NCBI GenBank assembly: GCA_050015075.1
Contig: JBEKCB010000014.1
Span: 1-64,000 of the forward strand
Length of the DNA stretch: 64,000 nt
Direction: 5' to 3'
Origin: Candidatus Brocadiia bacterium
GTDB taxonomy: Bacteria > Planctomycetota > Brocadiia > CAIUPP01
Shown here: one piece after another, positions 29,099 through 36,405 of the stretch
Layout: each line of letters opens with the position of its first letter
Position numbering within the stretch: position 1 is the first letter of the stretch
The notes under the pieces: generated by a model
Database searches by the model: none
Told to the model about the DNA's origin: nothing
Seen by the model: the letters and a program-made list of their open reading frames with translations, nothing else
Translations under genes and position numbers: made by a program

Positions 29099-29875
29099 AT
29101 GTCCGGGCAGACCGCCGCCGCTCCGGCGCCCGCCGTCAAGCCGCCGGGCCACGACATCGTCGTCCGCGCCATTGACGTGGTGAAGGACTTCGTCCGCGGC
29201 AAGGAAACCGTCCACGCGCTGCGCGGTGTGAGTCTGGACATCTACCGCGGCGAGTACCTGGCGATCATGGGCCCCTCCGGCTCCGGCAAGAGCACCCTCT
29301 TCAACATGATCGGCGGCCTCGACAAGCCGACGAGCGGGATGGTGTTCCTGGACGACGTGGACATCGCGCAGCTCGACGCGTACGAACTGGCGTGGATGCG
29401 CTGCCGCAAGATCGGCTACATCTTCCAGGCTTACAACCTGCTGCCTACCTTGACGGCGCTGGAGAACGTGACGATGCCGATGCTCTTCGCGAACATAGAT
29501 GCGGACACCGCGCGCGACAAGGGCGCGGCGATCCTCCGCAGGGTCGGCCTCGCCGACCGCATCTTCCACCGCCCCGGCCGCATGTCCGGCGGCCAGCAGC
29601 AGCGCGTCGCCATCGCCCGCGCCATGGCCAATGACCCCGCCATCGTCCTCGCCGACGAACCCACCGCCAACCTCGACCTCAAGACCGGCGAGGAGATCAT
29701 CAATCTCCTCAAAAACCTCAGCATGGAACTGAACGTGACCGTCATCTCCGCCACGCACGACCATAAGATGCTCAACCTCTGCGACCGCGTCGCCTGGATC
29801 CGCGACGGCGCCATCGAGCGGCTGGAAAAGCGCGCGGACCTCAAAATCACCGTCGGCAAGATTGACGGGCAGTAG
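29099..29875 (+). CDS. ABC transporter ATP-binding protein (LolD/MacB-like), second paralog
   Basis: GPSGSGKS, MSGGQQQRVAIAR, VLADEPTANLD, THD. Confidence 0.92.
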   Translation: MSGQTAAAPAPAVKPPGHDIVVRAIDVVKDFVRGKETVHALRGVSLDIYRGEYLAIMGPSGSGKSTLFNMIGGLDKPTSGMVFLDDVDIAQLDAYELAWMRCRKIGYIFQAYNLLPTLTALENVTMPMLFANIDADTARDKGAAILRRVGLADRIFHRPGRMSGGQQQRVAIARAMANDPAIVLADEPTANLDLKTGEEIINLLKNLSMELNVTVISATHDHKMLNLCDRVAWIRDGAIERLEKRADLKITVGKIDGQ

Positions 29876-29899
29876 ACACATCACCCGCCGGAGTCCTTC

Positions 29900-30790
29900 A
29901 TGATATCGGACTGGTCGCCCTTCGCCTGGCAGGGCATTCAGATCGAGACGCCTCGCGCCTGGGAACTGGGATCCGTCACCGGCGACCGCCGGAAAGGCTA
30001 CTTCCGCCTGGATGACGCGGACATGCCGCGCGTCGAGGCGAAGTGGGAGTCGGGCAGTCCCGGCAAGTCCGTCCGTTCGGTGGCGGACCGCTACCTGAAA
30101 AAGGCCGGTTTGGTCGGCGCCGCGGGCGAACGACAGGTGCAACGCAATGTGCGCCTCGCCGAGCCGGCGCACATGGAGACGGAATTCTTCATCACGCGCG
30201 GCGACCCGAACGCCATGCACATGGCCGCGCGTTGCCGCCACTGCGGGCGCGTGGCGCTCCTGCGCGTTTTCTACCGCAGCGATGAGTCGCTCCAGCCCGT
30301 CATCGCGCGCCTCTTCGGCTCGTACCGCGACCACGCGCGCGACGGGAAGACGCCGTGGTCGCTCTACGGTCTCCGGTTCGAAGTCCCGGAGGACTACATC
30401 CTGCTCCGCCACAGCATCCGCGCCGGGCGCGTCGAACTGGAGTTCTTCGGCAAGCGCGCCCGCGCACTGGCCGCGCGGGTCGGCCTTGCGGAAACCGTCC
30501 TCAAGAAAATGAGCCTTCTCGACTGGCTGAAAAAGGATTCCACGAGCCAGTCGCCGCCCTGCCCGCCGGCCTTTACCGAAACGAAGCGCGGAGAGCACGC
30601 CGCCGTCGCCGTCAGCGGCCGCGAACGGTCGCTCGCGCGGAGAATGCTCCGCCGCCGCCGCGTTGCGCGCGGCCTGGCCTGGCATTGCGAGCCCTCGAAC
30701 GCGCTTTATATCGCCCGGTGGTTCGGACGAGAAGAGAAAGTTCCCGATTTTGCCGCGTTCGCGGAATCGTTCCTCTGTCATGAGCCTTGA
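29900..30790 (+). CDS. Hypothetical soluble protein with an internal two-fold repeat
   Basis: Halves begin FAWQGIQIETPRAW and WSLYGLRFEVPEDY and end RCRHCGR...SYRDH and WHCEPSN...SFLCH; co-oriented within the operon. Confidence 0.65.
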   Translation: MISDWSPFAWQGIQIETPRAWELGSVTGDRRKGYFRLDDADMPRVEAKWESGSPGKSVRSVADRYLKKAGLVGAAGERQVQRNVRLAEPAHMETEFFITRGDPNAMHMAARCRHCGRVALLRVFYRSDESLQPVIARLFGSYRDHARDGKTPWSLYGLRFEVPEDYILLRHSIRAGRVELEFFGKRARALAARVGLAETVLKKMSLLDWLKKDSTSQSPPCPPAFTETKRGEHAAVAVSGRERSLARRMLRRRRVARGLAWHCEPSNALYIARWFGREEKVPDFAAFAESFLCHEP

Positions 30791-30819
30791 AAAGACGCTC
30801 GGCGTTCGGAAGGAGACCG

Positions 30820-31239
30820 ATGCTCGCCTTCTGGAAAAAGAAAAGCCCGCAACTTACCCGCGAGGACTCATTCGCTGCGGTCGTCGTCCCGAACCGGCAA
30901 CTGCGCGTCGAACGGAATGCCGAGGGCGTTGTCACGCTCTATGCGCCCTTCCATGCCGCCGTCTTCGTCGAGCGCATCGCCCGGTGGCTCGGCGCGCCCC
31001 CGCGCGCCGGCGAGGCGAAGGTCGAGTTGGACGAGGTCGGCTCCTTCGTCTGGGACCTGTGCGACGGCCGGAGGAACGTCCGCGAGATGGTCGCCTGCCT
31101 CGCCGACAGGTATAAGCTCAATCGCAAGGAAGCCGAAGCCTCGCTGACCGCCTTCCTCCGCAGCCTCGCCGGACGCAACCTCGTCGCCATCGTCATCCTC
31201 AAACGCGAGGAGCAGGCAAGCGAAAAACGCCGGGGGTAG
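30820..31239 (+). CDS. PqqD-family (RiPP recognition element-like) protein
   Basis: VELDEVGSFVWDLCDGRRNVREMV..L...Y.....EAEASL..FL.SL..RNLV winged-helix pattern; AGGAG RBS before ATG 30820. Confidence 0.8.
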   Translation: MLAFWKKKSPQLTREDSFAAVVVPNRQLRVERNAEGVVTLYAPFHAAVFVERIARWLGAPPRAGEAKVELDEVGSFVWDLCDGRRNVREMVACLADRYKLNRKEAEASLTAFLRSLAGRNLVAIVILKREEQASEKRRG

Positions 31240-31268
31240 CGCCGGCGCTTACACGAAGCCCGCGGCCG

Positions 31269-34200
31269 TCACCAGCAGAAGAAACGATACGGGTCGTCCC
31301 ACGCCTCGGGCTGGTCCAGGTAAAGGCCGTCGAGCCACCGCTTCTCCGTTTTGTCGGGCGCGGCGGGACTGCCGAAGCGCGCCAGGAGCGGCGTGGAGCC
31401 GGCGACGCCCATGTCGGCCAAGATGCGCGTCAGCAGGAACGAGGCGCGCCGGTACGTGCGCCTGAGATTGTATTGCTCGACGAATTGGAAATAGTAGGGT
31501 TCGGAGCCCTTCTCGAAGCTCGGGTTGGCGCAGAGGTTCCGCGGCGCCGCATGGGCCTGGGCCGCCGCTCCTTCGGCGGGCGGCTTCGGCGCGACGTATT
31601 CCCCTTCGTAAAGCCGGAACAGGTCGGCCCTGAACCGGCCGCCGTCCTGCGCGCAAGCGACGTATGCCTGCCAACTCTCCGGGAACGGCTTCTCGCACGT
31701 GAACGTGACGTGCAGGTCCGTCCATTCGTTCTCCGGGATCACGACGTCCGGACCCTTCGCAGCGCGGTCCCAGGGGCTGCCGGCGCGCTCCACCTCCAGG
31801 TGCGCCGTAACCGGACCGGCCACGCCTTTGATCCGGACGGCAAACGTGTACGCCTTACCGACCTCCGGCGCCGCCTTCAGGCGCTGGCCGAACTGCCCGC
31901 CCGCCTCGGACGTCGTGCCCAGGGTCACCAGCGCGCTCGGCTTCCCGTCCGCCGCGCCGCCGGCATCCACCTGGAATGACGTGACCGCTCCTTCCGCGCG
32001 GGTGATTTCGTACGGCAGGAGCTGGCAGAAGATGACATTCATGTCCTGCGCTTTCGCCAGCACGCCGTCGCCGAACGGCGCGGCCCCCGCCGTTACGAGA
32101 GGCAGCCGCAGCGCGCCGCGGTCATGGACGTCCGCCGGGCTGACCCCGGCGAGAAGGGAATCCGCGCCGAACGGCTCGAAGAATGCGGCGATGTGCTCCT
32201 GCCGGTTCGTGCGGATCGGCGTCGGCAGAAACGAATTTGCCTCCTGCGCGTCGAGCCCGAGAGCCAGCAGGTTGCCGCCCGCCTTCAGGAACTCGGCGAT
32301 GGCTGAGGCGTGTGCGGCGAGCTCTTTTCCGCCGCCGGTCCCGACGACGAGTACCCGGTCGGGCGAGAGACTGCCTCCCTCGTAGGAACTCAGGGCGATG
32401 CCGGCGCGCTCCAGGTGGCGCTTTCCCGCCGGACCGCCGACGTAGAGCGCTTCCCGGCGAGCGGCCGGTTTCCAGGTGGACGCGTACTGCACGATGTTCG
32501 CCGCCAGCGCCTCGGCGGCCGGGTCGCTCTCGGTGCGCCCGCTCACGTCCATCTGGCAGAAGAGGACCATCCCTTTGCCCTCGCGGTACTCCATCAGCGG
32601 GCTGTACTGCAGGCTGTAGCCGCCGTCCAGGATCGGCAGGAAGTCGCCGCGGGCGGGCTTCTCGATCAGGACCGAGGCGACGTTGCCGCGACAGCCGCAT
32701 CGCCAGATGCGCGGCACGTCAATCCCGCACCACTGGACCACCGGCGTATCGGACTGGTAGGCCGGGCCGATCCGGTAGTCCAGGCGCGGCGGCAGGAGTG
32801 TCGCCTCGCCGCGCCAGTCGCGAAAGTTCTCCGCCTCGATTCCTGAGAGCAGCGGGCGGTCCGGCACGCGCTTGAAGACCTGCCTGAGCCCGTACTCCGT
32901 CGTGCGGAACCCGAGCCGCTTCTGCAGGGCCTCCGAGCTCTGCTCGAAGACGACGACCCGCAGGCCATCGCGCACGCGCGCGAGGTCAGGGGCCGGTCCG
33001 TCCACGGTCAGGGCGCTCTTGCCTATGACTAGGAGGTCGTATCCGCTGAGGTCGGCCTGCGCATCCACGGACTGGTACGATGCGCCCATCCCGTCCAGCA
33101 GTTTTCCGGTCTCGCCCTTGGGGTCGAAGAGCGCTATCTTGGAGTGATTGGACAAAGTTCTCGCGGCCGGCATGACGTTGACCGCGAAGGAATCCTGCTG
33201 GCTCTCTCCGGTGCTGAACTTGACTGTCGCGGTCAACTCGTACGGGCCGGGCGCCACTTCAGCCGGAAGTTCGAAGCGAAGCGGCATGCGCGCCTGCTCT
33301 CCGATCTCCACGGCGACCTGTTTCGCGCCGACCAGCGGTTGCGGCAGGCCCAGCGACCAAGCGCAGTCGCACGTCACCGGCTCGCGCGAGTCGTTGATGA
33401 TGATGAGCTGCTTGGCGACGGTCTCGCCCGGCCGGAAATTGTGGTCCTTGCTGATGAAAACCGTCGGCCCGCCGCCGATGTAGGCCAGCAGCGGCATGTT
33501 GTTGCGCATCACGGCCTGGGCCGCCGGCGTGGGGATCCAGTCGGAACGCTCGAAGGCCGTCGCCATGTTCACATCCTGCGCGTCAATGTAGTCCGGGCTG
33601 AACCCCGGCCGCTGGAGGCGATCCCAGTCCACCTTGAATTCCCTGCGGCCCTGGTCAACGCCGTCGCGCAGTTTCCAGTAGCCGTCGCATTCCCAGGGGC
33701 CGAACGCCGACATCCCCCAGGTGCGAAACGCGCGCCAGTTGTCCGTGATGTACATGGCCATTGCCGGGTACTGCTCCGCGAACGCCTGCGTGCCGATCTG
33801 GTAGGGGTAGTCCCACCGATGCCACAGAGCGCCGGCGCGAAACTTCAGGCTCTCCCAGCGCAGGCACCGTTTCTCCACCTCGCTGATCCGAAAAGCCTCA
33901 GCCCCGAAGAACTGCGAATTCCACTCCGCCAGGCACAGCTCCCAGGGAACCGCGGCGCTGCCCCATTCGCGCGCGCCCCGGTACCAGCCGCGGTACATGG
34001 CGAAGTCCCAGCCGCCCGGCGCGGCGAACTCGGTCAGGAAGAGCGGCTTGACGCCGACGGTGGCCCAGTGCTCGAACCAGTCGTCGAGTTCCTGGATCGG
34101 AACGAAGTTGGGGTAGAAGTTGTTCGTGTGCATCGTGCCGAGGTTGCCGGAGGAGTGGTGGTAGACGATGCGCTCCGGGTCGAGCCGGTTCACGATCGCC

Positions 34201-35714
34201 TGCGCCCGCAGCGCGTGCTCGGCGCCGGCCTTCGCCCACGGTTCCTTCCGAGGATCCTGAATGCCGTCAATCATGTCCGGATTCATATCCTCCACGTAGC
34301 CGAGGGAGTTGTGGCTCATGGCATAGGCGACGACCGAGGGATGGTTCTGGGCGACGCGCACGTAGAACTCGGCGTGCCGGGCATAGCCGTTATTGCGGTC
34401 GGCGTCCGGGTCCTTCCAGTCGTACTGGGCGAAGTGCGGCTGCGGAAGCGCGAAGAGCATCCCCACGTCGTCGGCTGCGCGCAGCACCTCCGCATAGCTG
34501 ACGTGCGTGCCCGGCTCGCAGCCGTAGTTGTGGCCGTAGACGAAGTTGATGCCGAAGCTCTTCAGGCGCAGCAGGATTTCCTTGGTGCCTTCGTAGCTCG
34601 CCGCGACCGCGCCGAGCGCCGTGCTGTCGCACGGGACCACGGAGAGGAAGATGCGGCTGCCGTTCAGGTAGAAGTCCCGCCCGCTGATCCAGAACTCGCG
34701 GAAGCCGAACTGGACCGGGACGGCGGCATCCAGCGCGTTTCCGGCGGAGTCGAGAAGCGAGAGGCTGACCTGGTACGTGTTCTGAGGGGTGTGGGTGTCC
34801 CACAGCTTCTCCGGCTTCCAGCTCTCGGCAAAGGCGATGCGCCCATCCTTCAGGTCGTCCGCGGTGAATGGCTTGCCTGTGAACTCCTGGACGGGCCGGC
34901 CGTGGTCGGCGACCTCAGCTTTCAGCGAATACTGCTGACCCGCGGCGAGTCCCTTCAGCGCTGCCTCGAACGAGATCTCCCAGCGACGCACCGAGGTATC
35001 CACCTTCACGTCCGCGATGCGCGGCCCCGCCGGCGTGGCGAACAGCCAGACATCGCCGCACAGGCCGCGCCGCTGCACGCTGCCCTCGACTTCTTTGGGC
35101 GCGTAGGTGTCGCTGTGCGACATCATGACCGCCTTCAGCGGCAGTGCGATGACGAGCAGGCTGAGCGTGCATGTGTCGCCGGGGCGGCACTGCGCGGTGA
35201 GATCCACATCGCCGCCCGGGAACCGTATCTCGCCGGCCGCCTTGCCGTCTACGTAGACCGCGGCCGTGGAATTGACGTAATCGGCGGACAGCGCAATCCG
35301 GCGCCCGGCCCATTCGCCTGGAATGGTGATTTCCCGCTGGTACCAGGCGGCGGTGATCTTCTCCAGCTTGATGTCCTTCCACGCCGGATGAGCGAAGCAG
35401 GTCTGGCAGTCTTCCTGGTCCCACTGCTGAAGCCCCGGCCAGAACCCGGGCACTTTGAAGTAACCCCAATCGCCCTCGGGCGGCGGGCCTGCGAAATCCC
35501 GGGCCGGCTTCCAGCGCCACAGGCCGTTAATGCAGATACGCTCGCGCGTCGGCGTGGCTTCACGATACGCCTTGGCGAGGTCCCAGACCGCCTTCACTCC
35601 CTTCGGCAATTCGACCGAGGATTCTGCTTGGCAGAGACCGCATGCCGCGCTGACGAACAGCACCGCGGCAGCGACCCATCGTTTTACCTCGACTGGGCGC
35701 ACGTGAGCTTTCAT
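31269..35714 (-). CDS. Large secreted GH2-like glycoside hydrolase with a C-terminal CBM-like insert
   Basis: Signal peptide; ICINGLWRW, AAWYQREITIP, PEKLWD..P, FGFREFWI.G.DFYLNG, NHPSVVAY GH2 motifs. Alternative start at 35753. Confidence 0.75.
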   Translation of the reverse strand: MKAHVRPVEVKRWVAAAVLFVSAACGLCQAESSVELPKGVKAVWDLAKAYREATPTRERICINGLWRWKPARDFAGPPPEGDWGYFKVPGFWPGLQQWDQEDCQTCFAHPAWKDIKLEKITAAWYQREITIPGEWAGRRIALSADYVNSTAAVYVDGKAAGEIRFPGGDVDLTAQCRPGDTCTLSLLVIALPLKAVMMSHSDTYAPKEVEGSVQRRGLCGDVWLFATPAGPRIADVKVDTSVRRWEISFEAALKGLAAGQQYSLKAEVADHGRPVQEFTGKPFTADDLKDGRIAFAESWKPEKLWDTHTPQNTYQVSLSLLDSAGNALDAAVPVQFGFREFWISGRDFYLNGSRIFLSVVPCDSTALGAVAASYEGTKEILLRLKSFGINFVYGHNYGCEPGTHVSYAEVLRAADDVGMLFALPQPHFAQYDWKDPDADRNNGYARHAEFYVRVAQNHPSVVAYAMSHNSLGYVEDMNPDMIDGIQDPRKEPWAKAGAEHALRAQAIVNRLDPERIVYHHSSGNLGTMHTNNFYPNFVPIQELDDWFEHWATVGVKPLFLTEFAAPGGWDFAMYRGWYRGAREWGSAAVPWELCLAEWNSQFFGAEAFRISEVEKRCLRWESLKFRAGALWHRWDYPYQIGTQAFAEQYPAMAMYITDNWRAFRTWGMSAFGPWECDGYWKLRDGVDQGRREFKVDWDRLQRPGFSPDYIDAQDVNMATAFERSDWIPTPAAQAVMRNNMPLLAYIGGGPTVFISKDHNFRPGETVAKQLIIINDSREPVTCDCAWSLGLPQPLVGAKQVAVEIGEQARMPLRFELPAEVAPGPYELTATVKFSTGESQQDSFAVNVMPAARTLSNHSKIALFDPKGETGKLLDGMGASYQSVDAQADLSGYDLLVIGKSALTVDGPAPDLARVRDGLRVVVFEQSSEALQKRLGFRTTEYGLRQVFKRVPDRPLLSGIEAENFRDWRGEATLLPPRLDYRIGPAYQSDTPVVQWCGIDVPRIWRCGCRGNVASVLIEKPARGDFLPILDGGYSLQYSPLMEYREGKGMVLFCQMDVSGRTESDPAAEALAANIVQYASTWKPAARREALYVGGPAGKRHLERAGIALSSYEGGSLSPDRVLVVGTGGGKELAAHASAIAEFLKAGGNLLALGLDAQEANSFLPTPIRTNRQEHIAAFFEPFGADSLLAGVSPADVHDRGALRLPLVTAGAAPFGDGVLAKAQDMNVIFCQLLPYEITRAEGAVTSFQVDAGGAADGKPSALVTLGTTSEAGGQFGQRLKAAPEVGKAYTFAVRIKGVAGPVTAHLEVERAGSPWDRAAKGPDVVIPENEWTDLHVTFTCEKPFPESWQAYVACAQDGGRFRADLFRLYEGEYVAPKPPAEGAAAQAHAAPRNLCANPSFEKGSEPYYFQFVEQYNLRRTYRRASFLLTRILADMGVAGSTPLLARFGSPAAPDKTEKRWLDGLYLDQPEAWDDPYRFFCW

Positions 35715-35786
35715 TATCCGGCGCTCCGATCCACATAACCCGGGACTCGTCATTTGACCGACCTTCGCGAACAGTCAACGCTCGAA

Positions 35787-35820
35787 CATTAGATTGTAGG
35801 CTTGAAGCGTTCGTTGTCAA
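35787..35820 (-). promoter_or_regulatory. Repeated promoter element, degenerate copy F
   Basis: Minus strand reads TTGACAACGAACGCTTCAAGCCTACAATCTAATG(TTCGA), upstream of the GH2-like gene. Confidence 0.55.
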
Positions 35821-35890
35821 GTCGTACACTGGTCACAGCCGTGCCGGTGTTAGCGGTCTCGATCATAGAGTGTGAAAAACGGAGCGCGGA

Positions 35891-36370
35891 ATGCCGAAGG
35901 AATGTCCCATCGAAAGCATCACATGGAACAAGATCGGGCACCTGGTCGTGCGCGTGAGGGGACGCGAGCAGCCTTACGTTGAGGCGAAGGTGGCCCGATG
36001 CTTTCCGTGGTCGGTGCCGGAGACGTACATCTCCATTCGGGACAAGGACGGAAAAGAGATCGCGCTGCTGAACTCCGCCGACGACCTGGACGAGGCGAGC
36101 AAAACGGTTCTGCTGCGGGAACTGAGGGAGAAGATGTTCGCGCCGAAGATTCTGCGCGTGGCGGACTGCAAGGAGGAATTCGGCGTGACCTCCTTCACCG
36201 CCGAGACCGACCGCGGCATGGTCACGTTTCAAGTCCGCAGCCGCGACGACGTGCGCGTCCTGTCCAGTACGCGCGCCCTCTTCCGCGATGCGGATGGAAA
36301 TACGTATGAGCTGGCCGACCTGAACGCGCTGGATGCTGCCGGACAGAAGTGCATGCAGAATTACTTCTAA
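35891..36370 (+). CDS. DUF1854 domain protein
   Basis: RCFPWS.P..YISI.D..GKEI, F.PKI.RV, ETDRG...F, D.DGN.Y, LD; GGAG RBS. Confidence 0.8.
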   Translation: MPKECPIESITWNKIGHLVVRVRGREQPYVEAKVARCFPWSVPETYISIRDKDGKEIALLNSADDLDEASKTVLLRELREKMFAPKILRVADCKEEFGVTSFTAETDRGMVTFQVRSRDDVRVLSSTRALFRDADGNTYELADLNALDAAGQKCMQNYF

Positions 36371-36405
36371 GCCGCCAAGAGGCGCAGGTCCGCATCCGCC
36401 GCGCT

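Noticed and set aside
21082-30781. Several 600-900 aa minus-strand ORFs opposite the membrane operon
   Set aside because: Codon-bias shadows of the plus-strand genes.
30820-31239. PQQ or RiPP biosynthetic cluster
   Set aside because: No pqqA/B/C/E, maturase or credible precursor peptide was seen.
33144-35738. 864-aa plus-strand ORF (and similar ORFs at 7236-8969, 44324-46546 and 48892-50922)
   Set aside because: Overlap recognisable minus-strand genes and lack motifs.
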